Of a stretch of 64,000 nucleotides of DNA, positions 51,460-64,000 are shown piece after piece (within the stretch, counting starts at the first letter, position 1; each line of letters starts with the position of its first letter). The notes beneath the pieces were generated by a model. It was not told the origin of the DNA. It worked only from the letters and a program-made list of their open reading frames with translations, and did not search any database. A program made the translations under genes and the position numbers. This DNA comes from Octopus sinensis (lineage: Eukaryota). The stretch lies in assembly GCF_006345805.1 (NCBI RefSeq), contig NC_042999.1, positions 26,350,001 to 26,414,000 of the forward strand. The letters are read 5' to 3'.

Positions 51460-52954
51460 GTCTGGAGAGAGTCATTCTGTTTCAATGCATTATTAATAAC
51501 ACACTCACCAGTTCAGATTCCATTCATTTATTATTTTTTCCTAAAATTTTCATTACTTCTTGCAAACTCTTCAATAGATGTTGACCTGTCCCTTATCGGG
51601 GCTAGGTGCTTATTTATTGGTTTGTTTGTGCGCATGTGTGTGCGTCAGTGCAAAAGTGCATACACATATGTATACGTGTATGCATGCATGTATGTATGCG
51701 TGTGTGCGTGTATGGATATGGATGTGTATGCGTGTGCATGTATCTATCTATGTATTCTGCATATTCATGTGTTTGTGTATGTTTCTCTCTTTCTACGTAT
51801 GTGTGTTTGGTGTATTTGTATGCGTACCTCTGTTTCCTTGTTTGTGTGTATGTGCGTTTGCGCGCGTGTGTGCGGGTGTGTGTGCGTCGAATCGTATTAC
51901 CTATGTAGCTATCTCTCTACTTAGCTATCATATACATTTACCTACCTACCTAGCTGCCTAACTATCTACCTACCTATCTACCTACCTATCTACCTACCTA
52001 TCAACCTACATACATACACTACATAGTTATATAGAGAGATACAAACAGACACACAGACACACACATATATATTCACGTACATAACAGCCAACTAACAAAT
52101 CTACCTGTCGTATATAAACTGTGGGTATGGAGGTATCACAACATTCTATATGTGTTTTCTATTTAGTATGGGGTGTGTGTGTTTTATTTATGAGGACGTA
52201 CTCCTATATTCTCCTATATTTTCTGTGTATTTGTATGTATGCATGTATGTATGTATAGTAATTTCTGCTACTTAAATAGTACTATTGCAGAATTGTGCGG
52301 TATCGCATTGAGAATGTTAGAACATATAAATAAGGAAACTTAAGGTAGCATGGACCATGATTTCTTCTGAATGATTCCTTAGAAAGTTGCTTGTAATAAA
52401 ATATTGAATAAAAGCGAATTAGACTTGACTCTACGAAACAAGTTACTTCATAGTTTACTTGTTTGAGATTCAATACATCATTCTGAAATCAACTATTGAT
52501 CGCAATGGGGCGGCAGTGTTCTATTTCGAGGTCTCCCCACTTCTTAACTGTGGAGTTGAAAATCGATGTCTGTCGACTAATACACGAGACCAGGTGAAGA
52601 ACGTAGAATTCCATATTATAGGCTGTTCAGAAAGGTTTCTATGTAATCTCTTTACAAATCAATATGCATGAAGTGTCTTTGTAGATAGCAACGTTTCACA
52701 TTACTGTGTAGCCTATCAGACTGAATAATTTGCAATGGCTTGAAACAGATCCAATGCTACATTTTTCTGTGCCATTTTCAATTGCCCAATAGAGAAAGTG
52801 TGTTGTTTAAATGTACAGAGAGAAAGAGAAAGAGAGAGAGGCACAAAGACACATATATGCATAAATATATAAATTGATACACTCAGATGTCAAACATTCA
52901 GAGAAAATTTAATAAATATGGAAAATATTTTGCAGATCTTCAGATTAGTATTAG

Positions 52955-52994
<40 letters not shown>

Positions 52995-54654
52995 ACACAC
53001 ACACACACACGCACACACACACACATGTATATATAAACTAATACATGTATATATATATATATATAAATACATGCACACACACACATATATAGTATTATAT
53101 ATATATATGCATGCATATTTCTGTAAATGTATGTCTATATGAGTGTATATGTATATGAATATCTATTTATATATGTGCAAGAATCAGTAAGTTGTCCACT
53201 GTTAAATCCTTACCACAAAGCAAAATATACCGTAGCGTTTATAACCATTGCCGTTAAGCTAGTGTCACTGACGTGCAAATCTTTACGTAGCCTTCACATA
53301 CTTTCATATTCTATTTATACGTGGAATACATGTAAATTATTCTTATATATCCATCATGTCTGCTAAAAGCGTTCAAAAATCTCAATAAAAACTCCTTCGA
53401 TCTAATCGTCTCTTTTGTATTGTCTATATATATATATTTCTATTGTTTAATCATTCCGTTACCGATTATATTTACGTCTAGTTATAATAACTGCAATAAA
53501 TAAGTATATCTTATATTTTGTCAAGAAAACGCTTTGGTTTTAGATAAATGCCTCGGTTGTATTGCAGAACCTATCGAGGAATGTCAACAATGATTAGAAA
53601 CATATTAATTGTACTTTTCACAGACGCGAAATATTACCACATGTAAGAAAAAAATGTATTTCTCCAATTTTCTTCTTTCTCTGTATCATTTATCCTTTAC
53701 AAACTTGGGCGACATCTTTCATTACGTTGGCATTCCACAAAGCATTGATTTGAAGAATCTAATCGATTTTTCACTATTTTGACCTTCTTAAAAGTTCGTT
53801 GTGCTAAAAAGGATTTCATGCTTCTTCTAATATACATCCATTAACATCTGTAACTATTTCTATTGCCTTTTACTTTTTCATGTTTCTCTGGTCAGAAGCT
53901 AAAATTGGTTGCCAATCTTGAGAGGTTTCCATAGAGAATTCAATCATAAACTGTAGATGATGCTATTCTTTGGTTGCATCCTTTGATTACAAGAATGACT
54001 AAATCAGTTACTTCAGTTTCATTTATATATTTTCTCTCAATAATGTTCGCCGATTTACCGATTCTACGCACTAGTAATATTTCAGATATAATTAATTACT
54101 ATCTGGAACTTTCACATCTTAACTTTCACTTGCTTCGGTCATTACACTGCAGCCATGCCGGGGCATCACCTCATTCATTCGGAATAGAATATTGGATACT
54201 TCATTCTGAATATAATACGATTCACAGTTTTCAGTTTCAAAAATTAATATGACATATTTTCACAATGACACCCTTACAGAGATATCTTAATGATGGCGGA
54301 TTGGTATGTGATACTATGGGTTGTTAGGTTAAATAGATTACAACATGAATGTCACATTTTCTTGACACACACTTACTGACTTACACAAACTTATAGTTTC
54401 GAAAGCAGGGATGATTCTTCAATATTATACACTTTCAAATAGATGTTCACGGCGACGCGCTCGAATGATTTTCACCTGTTTAATGGTCGACCTCATGCGA
54501 AAAGTAGAGAACTTTATGGATCCAATTTATGAATTCTGTTCAAATATGGTGTGCACTAATGTTTGCTAATTTTGTGTAGCATTATTCAATAAGGCTACAT
54601 AATATTTACGCAAGATAGTGAATCATCAATGTTGAATATATATATATATATATA

Positions 54655-54835
54655 TACATAGGGAGAGTTTACGAAAAGAAAACAAAAGACGAAGACAGGT
54701 GGTGTACAAAACAAACAGATGTATTAGTATAACGCTCAGGAATAGAAAAAAGTATTTTACATTTCGAGCCTACGCTCTTCTACAGAAAGGGACACAGAAA
54801 AAAACAATGAGAGAAACAAGGAGAGAAAAAAATGT
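54655..54835 (-). mobile_element. Short repeat family with an HHR-like variant motif (54755-54790)
   Basis: CCUUU-CUGUAGAA-GAGC GUAG GCUC-GAAA-UGU-A-AAA. Confidence 0.6.
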
Positions 54836-54848
54836 GTTTAGTGGCTAA

Positions 54849-54885
<37 letters not shown>

Positions 54886-54893
<8 letters not shown>

Positions 54894-55250
54894 AATTACG
54901 GGATGAACACGAAAAGTGGACAGTCAACATGCTAGATATAGACGTCAAATCGCCATTCACCACAAAAGATTATGTTCTCAGACCAAACTCAACACAAAAC
55001 CATAGCAATAAACAAGTGAAAAATATATTTTTCACTTGTTTATTGCTATGGTTTTGTGTTGAGTTGGTCTGAGAACATAATCTTTTGTGGTGAATGGCGA
55101 TTTGACGTCTATATCTAGCATGTTGAATGTCCACTTTTCGTGTTCAGTCCTTAATTGGTATATATAAATATTTTAATCTTCGGATTCTTTTTTAATATGC
55201 TAGACCACTGGTCTTAATTGATAAATATCAATTTCTACCCTTAATTAATT
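54886..55250. mobile_element. Fold-back element family D, copy 2 (~140-bp arms, no loop)
   Basis: Axis between 55025 and 55026; unique part 55166-55250 is homologous to 5612-5700. Confidence 0.85.
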
Positions 55251-55258
55251 TTATATAT

Positions 55259-55305
<47 letters not shown>

Positions 55306-56003
55306 TATATATAATATATATATATATATATAGTCTGTCAGAACAGGGTTCATAAGTGAAGACAACGGCACATTTATAATAGTTTGGGTATATTTTAAAG
55401 AGATAAACTAAACACAATGTATTTCCGAAATGTTATATGCTTAGTCTCATATGATGGTTAGAAATGTATAATATAGGCTCCTTTCTACTGATGATGCAAA
55501 TGAAAGTATTCAGTTAAAAGACAAGAACCATTGGTTTCATAGAAAATCAATGACAAAAATACTGAACTCAAAACCGAAGACAAGATAATGTGCTTGAATC
55601 CATTTTACTAGAGCTATATTCTTTGAATCTGCCTGAAAATTCAATACCAATAGAAAAATGACCGACTCTGCCTGAAATATTGTTTGCATGAACAGAACAT
55701 ATTTAGAGTGACTTGTATAAATTTGACATCTAATTCTAGCGTGTAGGCGTTGGCACTGCAGCACCCTTAATTATAATTATATTTTCATAAGTATATACTT
55801 AAAAAATAATTTTACCGATACGGTGGCTTTTATACGCTAGCCACTGGTTGAAACATTTTAGCGATTATATCCTCAAATTTTAAGAATATATAAATTTGAG
55901 TTCTCTACTCATTATTTTTTGCTAAGGTATTATATTTACCCCGGCATGATTTCTGACTGTAACCTCATAGCTGACATGGGAGATATAATGTATACGCGGG
56001 AAA

Positions 56004-56082
<79 letters not shown>

Positions 56083-56150
56083 TGGTGTTTGTACGCAGAA
56101 ATTCATCGGTATGTATATGTATTTTTCGCTTCCATATTGTCGGTGTACCT

Positions 56151-56209
56151 CTACTGAAGAGCCTAAAGAACGTTTTTTTAATTACAGAACACGAAATCTT
56201 AAGCCATAG
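56151..56209 (+). ncRNA. Degenerate hammerhead motif
   Basis: CUA-CUGAAGA-G…C-GAAA-UCUUAAGC-CA-UAG, with U16.1 replaced by C. Confidence 0.4.
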
Positions 56210-57970
56210 GATTATCCGAAACTTTTGTAAATCTTCTTGCCCATTACTTTGCATTCGGCCCTGTATAAAAGCAGAGAACATATTTAGAGTGGATTGTAGA
56301 TATTAAACATCTACTTCTAGCGTATATGATTTGACACTCCAGCGCCCTTAATGATAATTAGAGTTTTATAATTATATACCTATATATATGTATATATATA
56401 CCCACACATATGTATGTATGTATGCATGTATATATGTATGCACGTGTGTGCATACAATGAATATAAATAGCAGCCAATACTTGGAATCAATTAATCAAGT
56501 GATGTTGTTTTATGTCATGTTAGACATGCATATTAAGCTTGAGTTGTGTGACAGAATGCACGATTTTGCAGCATGTAATTACGTCTCTCTCACGTCTTGT
56601 GTTCTAATTCTGCTGACAACAATTCCATTCTCATTCTTCCAGGAAAGATTAAAGTAAGCAAATTAAATAGCGCGAATGATCTACCTGAGCTCCAAGTTCA
56701 ACAAGAAATGTTGGCTTGAAATTATGCAAGAAATCAATACCAAACCGCTTCTTAAGAAACCAATATTAGTGCTCTTCTCATTTCTCTATTTCAACCAATG
56801 AAGTTCGATGTAACACGTACTATATTGAAGCAGAATAATTGCACGAAGCTTGCAGATATTTCTTATTCTTGTCGATATTTCTTGTATTTAAAATAACGGT
56901 GCATTTGTAATTATGCTCTTCGAAGATGATTCGACAATAAAGCTCGTTCTCCTGATTAACAATTCGGAGAGCAAATTGAGAAGAGACAAAGCAGAGTTTC
57001 TGCATAATAACTTTAATAGTTATGTGTATATTTATGTCTATTCAATATAAAGATTTGATTTATTATATTTCCTTTGTAGGAAATACGATTAAAAAAATCG
57101 AACTTATTCGTTTGCCCTCTCAACTTATGTTGCTTGTTTTAATTTTACTAAATAGTAATCCAAATATTGTTTCATTGTCTATTTTATAGCAGTGAATTTC
57201 AGAAAATATATGAAGTTTTATTTTGTGTGTTTGGCAATGAACATATATTGAACGTATGTATTTTTTAATGTATGCTATATATAAGCGGAGATTTCGATAT
57301 ATTTCTGTACATAACTATAACCATTTCACACACACGCACACACTCACACACACACACATTATCTATATCAGTATGTGTTTATCAATTCGCTTGTGTATGT
57401 CTGTGCTTGTATGTGTATACGTGCGTGTATGCATGAATAAAAGCATAAGTTCATTGAAATGGAACACATATTTGGTATTCCGATGCTTTTATTGAAAATT
57501 ATATGATGCGGCGACAAAGATTAAATTACAGGACAAAATTCAACTGTGCTTTCAGAAGTGATTCGAATATTCTATTCATTTGCGAAACATTATAACGTGT
57601 TCTCCAATATCCCCCAACTACCTCATAGAACAACTTTTTTCAATCGCTACGATGAACCATAGCATACAAATAAATCGATATCTCTTTCGTGGCGACAGTA
57701 ATGTTCTGTGATTCGTAATGTATGGTTATATTATACGTACTTACATACCGATCCAATTAATACGTATTTATTCAAAAGTACCGAAAATGAAGCTCAATAA
57801 TACTTATGTATATGATTGCCAATATGCTTGTGTGCATACATGTATATGCGCGCGTATACAATTGAGTTTTTATGTATGTATGTATGTATGTATGTATGTA
57901 CGTATGCATGCATGTATGTATGTATGTATGTATGTATGAATATATACACATATACATAAATACATACATG

Positions 57971-58002
<32 letters not shown>

Positions 58003-58264
58003 ATATATAAATGTATATTTAAGTTTGTAAGCATATTTATCTCCCTCTAATATATATATCTGTACACATACAACCGGAAGCACGAATATAGATTGATAAT
58101 GATAATGATAAAATTGTAGGTACACTGCTCTCCTCTTCATAAATCATTATTAGAATATAAATAGTTGCGTATTCTCGTTATGGGCCTCCCATATAAATAT
58201 TTACCCATGGCACAAAACCCCACAATATTGTTCCAACGGATTTATATTCATATACATATGAATT

Positions 58265-58298
58265 CGTGCGAACATTTCTCTGCATGCACACACACACA

Positions 58299-58391
<93 letters not shown>

Positions 58392-58420
58392 ATACTCTCT
58401 CTCTCTCTCACACACACAGG
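58265..58420. repeat. (CA)n(CT)n microsatellite
   Basis: Direct reading. Confidence 0.95.
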
Positions 58421-58867
58421 TCTGTGTGCGTGTACAGGGTGATACAAAAACATCCAGAAAGATAGAGATAAAAATGGCTCGATACAAAACAATTTACACA
58501 TAAATACATAGACTACATAGCGTAGTCTCATGCAGTCCCATATACGTAAAAGAAAGCGATTTTGATGGGATACAATGAAATAAATAATCACAGAATTGTA
58601 AGAGCTAGCCGAAATCAATTGATTCCTCAGTCTTATATACCCATGAGTAGACAAATATCTACTGTTCTTTATAACGTAAATTTCGACTAATTAACATTGC
58701 TAAAATCGTGAGAAACTAAATAACCAAGTCTCCATTCGATCCTTCCAGTCTAAATGCGACTGCAATATTGCTGTGATCAAATGGTTCTGCGGTGTTGTAT
58801 ACAAATTAGCCTTGATTTCTCCTATATATTTGCATTCATATATGTCTTATCCCATCTGGATCACATT

Positions 58868-59184
58868 GTTTTTTTTTTTGTTTTGTTCCTTCTCGAGCCA
58901 TGCCTGGCTCATAAGGGCCGGTTTCCCGGTTTCCTTGGCTTATATGTTCCCCACCTGGACGGGACACCGGTCCATCGCAAGTGAGCTGCAAGATGCAGGA
59001 GAAAAGAGTGAGAGAAAGTTGTGGCGAAAGAGTCAGCAGAAGTTTCGCCAGTACCTTCTGCCGGAGTCGCGTGGAGTTTAGGAGTTTTCGCTCATAAACA
59101 CACACATCGCCCGGTCTGAGATTCGAACCTGCGATCCCTCGACCGCGCGTCCGCTGTTCTAACCACTTGGCCATGTGCCTCCTA
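58868..59184 (-). mobile_element. Young tRNA-derived SINE with Meta/V-like 3' domain
   Basis: A-box TGGCCAAGTGG, B-box GGTTCGAATC, GCGATGGACCGGTGTCCCGTCCAGG domain, A-rich tail and 14-bp TSD ATCTGGATCACATT. Confidence 0.85.
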
Positions 59185-60094
59185 ATCTGGATCACATTAA
59201 TTTCAGATGATAATTCGTTAGGACTAGCATCCTCGGATTTTGTATATTCATGAACGATAGGCAGTTACATTTATACTATAGTGGCTTCTAATATTCCAAA
59301 TGGACAGTAATCCTTATGTTTACAGCTGTTAGGGAAATTGTATTGGGGCTAAAGTTGAAGGTATTTTTGAATGACATAACCTGCCCATCCAGAACAGGCG
59401 CATATAACTCCAACTTTGATGCAAACTAAGTCAATGGTTTAGCAATTTGAAGCAGTATGACTCATCATACGACGGATAGCTTCATGGGGAATGAATACTC
59501 AATGAGATTGATTTCTGACTTATATTGATTTTTTATAAAAACATTACGTAGAAAGAGTGTCAAATATTACCTTTACAGGTCATGAAAATAAACAATCTAC
59601 ATTAATTTGAATTTACCCTTAATTTGAAAGGTCCTGAAATCATCCTTAAACATAATTACTAAGGGGCACATTGTACTAACTTCTGTATATTTTGTACTTT
59701 CTTCCGTAAAATATTGCCTTGCAGTTTATCTGATTCTGCATAGTTTGCAAGCGTCTCTATTACCATCTTTTTGACGAGGGTGCAGAAGTGGAGCAGCTTG
59801 GAGAAAGTCATCTTTTAAAGTTGTAGTATATATTTGTCTTTTTACTTCGTATACGAAACATCAAGCGTTGCACAGTTTTGTCAATAGTAAAGGCATACCT
59901 ATTGTGTAGCAATTAATTCCATAATTGGAAAACATCAATCAAGTAACTACCATGTTAAATATCATCTAAAATCAATACACTTGATAGTAAATATGTAAAT
60001 ATCGTCTCAGGGAAATGGAAGTACAATCAACAAAATCGCCGAATGTTGAAATGACAAATGCACTTAGTTTTTGCTTCTATTTATGGTATTATTA

Positions 60095-60146
60095 TTACTC
60101 TTTTACTCTTTTACTTGTTTCAGTCATTTGACTGCGGTCATGCTGT
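60095..60146 (-). mobile_element. SINE family A, tail fragment
   Basis: tactcttttactcttttacttgtttcagtcatttgactgcggtcatgctg. Confidence 0.75.
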
Positions 60147-60514
60147 TCAGTAGTGTTATTTTTATTACGTGCTTTTGCTGTGCTACCGAGCGCAGCTCTG
60201 TGTGCCTTGGACATGTGCTGTGGTTTGTTGTGGTATTCTTATTTTCACTATATGGAAAGTACATTACGTTGGATGCGCACAGTTCCTAGTTGTGCTATTT
60301 TCTGTATGTTAAATACATTCGTAAGTACTGCTGTTTTGGTTATATATTTGACTGAATCATTTTTAATCATACATCACACACCTATTAATATAGGGACTGA
60401 TTCTGTTTTTGGGCACCACATTCGAGTTACGACTCGAGATCTTTGTATTTTGAGAGATTCTCCGTTCCTCCGTTATAAATGCATTGTCATCGGTTGTTGT
60501 TGTTATGTCTATTA

Positions 60515-61660
60515 GAAGGCATTTTTTGGTGATCTCAAACAACTCTATCCGGTATTTTAGCCTAGATCTCTCTATCTGTGTTTATTGGCATATCCCAACG
60601 TATAGTCGCTTTGTCATTTTCTGAGGGATATTCTGGGGTGTGTCTATACCATCTTTTCTCTATTGTCATTCCACAGTGTCGGCATATCTTCCAGTGTATA
60701 TAGGTCCCACCTCTGATATGTATGAGGATATATTCTTTCTTAGCCAGGGCTGGGCAGCCAGAGGCAATATGATTTATTGTTTCTTTCTCATCACCTCATA
60801 TTCTGAAGGTACTTGCTGTATTTTTATTCATTATCTGTTTCTGGTGATTTCTGGTGGTGGTGGTGGTGGTGGTGGTTGGGGTTGATCTCGTGCTGCAATT
60901 AGAAATCCTTCAGGCACTGCTTTGACTACTGAGCTTCTCAGCCATTGTTGGGAGTTTGCTATGTCCATTTCCTTTATGCTCAGCTTACCCCAATATTTGC
61001 CCTGTAAGGGCTTTTCTTTCCATCATTTTATCATGATTCTTTGTTGTTCCAGTCTTAGTTTGTATTTCAGTTGTTTTACAATTTTTTTTTTGTTTCTTCT
61101 TTTTCTTCATAGATGTCAGGTACTATGACATCTATAATGTATTTTTCATCTTCGTTAAAGCCAGAAAATAGTATTTGTATGGCTCGTGTTTTAGGTTTTC
61201 CTTGCTTCTGAATTACATATTTCAGTAGGCGTATGGTGGGGATTTCATAATAGTTTTCTAATTGTATAATGCATCTACCATCTTGAATTCGTTATATTAT
61301 ATATAACCAATTCATTTTCGGTGACTCTGTCAGATTTAGTGTGGTGCATCATAAATTCTGTATTTGTCTTATTTTCTTGTCTAATGTGATTAGTTCATTT
61401 AGGGTCTAATTAAGAATATTATAGCTGTAACATAACTGTGACAGCTAAAGTGTTGGTACCTATTATCTTGTTTTTCGCATTGAGCTCTGTTTTCAGTATT
61501 AATCTAATTTGTCTATAGTACCCCTCCTTTATCTTGTCTTTCATTTGCATGTGTTTTACCGTATCTAATTCATTGATTCCTAAGTATTTATATGTCTTGC
61601 TTATTTCATTTGTTTTATCTAGTGTGATGTTGTTATCATTATATGAAATTTCACAGCTTA
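60515..61660 (-). mobile_element. Decayed R4/Dong-type LINE (RT thumb to RLE)
   Basis: YYRQIRLILKTELNAKNKI…; ETINHIASGCPALAKKEY…IHWKIC…RWYRHTP…WDMPINTDREI. Confidence 0.8.
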
Positions 61661-61699
61661 ATTTTCTGCGTATGATGGAAAGAGTCAGCTGTCCACAGC

Positions 61700-62100
61700 C
61701 AGCAGACTAAGCAGTTCAAAGCAATGCTGATTTTTTTGGTGTTCTACTTTTACACTCACGCCAATCTGTTCAGCCATGTTGGTAGTCGAGCGCTGATACT
61801 TTCAAGAGCACCAATGGCTACTGGTGTCACGTCTACCCCGTTCACTGACTACAACCTTCGTATTTCCTACTTCAAATCTTCATAACTCTTTATTCTTTTC
61901 TTTCACATTGATCCTGTTGTCATCTGGGCATACTATGTCGATTATCATACATGTTTTGTTTCCTTTTATTCACCGCTACAATGTTTCTATGTCTGGTCTG
62001 GTATGGTCGTCGAAAGGGATCATTGCATCTCACATAATTTTGCAATTCTCATTTTCAGTGACTCTTTCTGGAGTTACAATTTTCTTCTTGTCATGTAGCC
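61700..62100 (-). mobile_element. Decayed R4/Dong-type RLE fragment
   Basis: TPERVTENENCKI..D…RPDI…CMIIDIVCPDDNRI. Confidence 0.65.
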
Positions 62101-62392
62101 CATCCAGCTCAAAAGTTCCTCTGAATAAGGACTGTTTAAGGATGTTGAACAAAATACCCATGTTTCCAAAGGTGAATTTTCCAAACCTCTAAGATTTCCT
62201 TTCAACACACGGCTATGATGCTTCCCCACTACTTCTGCTCGTGATCAGAGATGCACATATCGTCAGCAACTAAGGAAAATGCTCAACCTGTTGAGGTCAA
62301 ACAACTGACAAGCCAATCTGTGGAATTGAGCAGAATATTTGCTGTATCTAATCGATTAAGATCAGAAGCCATGAGAGCCGCTGTCTTTATCA
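62095..62392 (-). mobile_element. 5' part of the (AAT)n-linked ~500-bp unit
   Basis: Homologous to 17520-17770 and 16300-16480. Confidence 0.8.
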
Positions 62393-62420
62393 TCATTATT
62401 ATTATTATTATTATTATTAA

Positions 62421-62493
<73 letters not shown>

Positions 62494-62526
62494 TTTATGA
62501 TTATTATTATTATTATTATTTTTATG

Positions 62527-62597
<71 letters not shown>

Positions 62598-64000
62598 CAT
62601 TATTATTATTATTATTATTATCTTCGCAAAGCTTCCAATGTCGAAGAGGCATTACGGTGTCAGTTGTTCACTACCAGTGAACTAAGGTAACACACCTGAT
62701 TTTTCGAGCACCATCCGGTGTATTTGAGCGGTTCCAAGCAGTGCTGCTTTCTGCAAGTGCTCCACCCTTATTGCAGTCCCTATTTGTTCCATGTACTTCT
62801 CAAGGTATTTACTTACTGTTTCCAGGGCACTGACAATTATTGCTCCTACTATTACCTTTTTCAGCGACCACAACTGCTTAACCTCCCAAGCTAACCTTTT
62901 ATATGTATCGACTTTTCTTTCCTCCTTATCGCATACATTGTTGTTAGCTGGGCATGCTATATGATCCAACATCGTTTGCTTTCTTTTTCAATTAACACTA
63001 TGTCTTGCTTCCTATTTTCTTTCTCATGGTTGCACTGAATCATAAAATGCCAAAGGATATTTGCATTATCATTTTTGCTGATGCTATCAGGTTTATGTTC
63101 GTACCACTTTTTTGCTGTCAAGTCCGTACTTCTGGCAAACTGTCCAACGGACAATCCTTGCTATAGTGGCATAACATCTCTCATATTCTTTCTGGGCTAG
63201 TGGCGTACCTCGACTTGTAATACACCCTAGAATTTCACCATTTTGTCCACAACTTCTGCACTTACCACTTTCTGATGTGTTGTCTATTCAGTATTTGATG
63301 TAATTGTTTCTTAATGCCTGCTTTTGGGCAACACAGATTAGAGCCTCCGTTTCCGGTTCTAAATCCCTTTTAGTCATCCATAGCCAACTTTTTTCTCTGT
63401 TTGTCTTATCTTCAACATCCCTATCAAATTTTACATGCATTCTTTTATTTATCAACGTATTTTCACTTTCATTCAATCTCAAGTTGTTGTACAGTGCTTT
63501 ATCTTTGCAATCTTCCATCCTACACAATGCATGACCTTCTTACTTCCAATAATAGCGGTTGTTTCATTTTATTTACATAGCATGTTTCGTTGTTTTCTTC
63601 TGCTCTAATGCTGTGTTTGCATCCAATCAGTCCTCTTCCCCTTCTTTTTTTTATTTTTGTTGGTACATACAGTCTGTCTGTGTCACTTTTTGGGTGTAAT
63701 ATCCCATATCTATTCAACAACTTCCTTTTCTTTCTGTCTAATCAGTTTAGTTCGTCTACTGTTCATGCGATTATCTCTGCTCCATATCTAAAGAGTGAAA
63801 CTGCCCATGTGTTGATAACTTCAATCCCATTCCGTCCGTTGAATTTCGACTTAAGGATCAATCGCAGTTTGCGCAAGTATTACACCTAAATTTTTTGTCT
63901 TTCCAAGTACTTACAGCCCGCCTCTTCTTTCGGTTTCATAACCTCCCCCGACAGTATTACTAGCCGGTCCATACATTTGATTTTGCATCTCTTCAAGACT
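62393..64000 (-). mobile_element. R4/Dong-type LINE 3' portion with long (TAA)n tail (62393-62620)
   Basis: HPKSDTDRLYVP…GRGLI; ETEALICVAQKQAL; KWYEHKP…ILWHFMIQC; DHIACPANNNV…EHLQKAALLGTA. Confidence 0.85.

Noticed and set aside
624-55165. All palindromes as library or assembly fold-back chimeras
   Set aside because: Not fully excluded. However, arms show graded divergence (0 to about 5 differences) and independent copies of one family fold in similar ways, which favours genomic origin. Native reads are needed to settle it.
56643-56720. Possible short terminal exon after a polypyrimidine tract
   Set aside because: Only 24 codons with no independent support.

Overview
AT-rich, microsatellite-dense eukaryotic intergenic or intronic DNA. 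It is most likely from an octopod cephalopod; I infer this from the SINE families and did not verify it by search. There is no intact host gene, only one frameshifted FN3-like candidate exon. The window is a mosaic of decayed transposons: three tRNA-derived SINE families, a near full-length Tx1/L1-clade LINE bracketed by (TCTA)n, several R4/Dong-type LINE pieces tied to (TAA)n tracts, CR1, Gypsy integrase, Tc1 and mariner remnants, a Merlin-like MITE and Penelope-like (PLE) fragments. The most unusual layer is unexplained by those calls. About 13 type I hammerhead ribozyme (HHR) or HHR-like motifs occur on both strands (3 look intact). Six fold-back palindromes sit next to (TA)n tracts. In two of them, and probably a third, the symmetry axis falls on the hammerhead CUGAUGA core. 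In two other families both arms carry copy-specific variants, so one arm was regenerated from the other in each copy. All alignments and folds were done by eye and coordinates may be off by a few bases.
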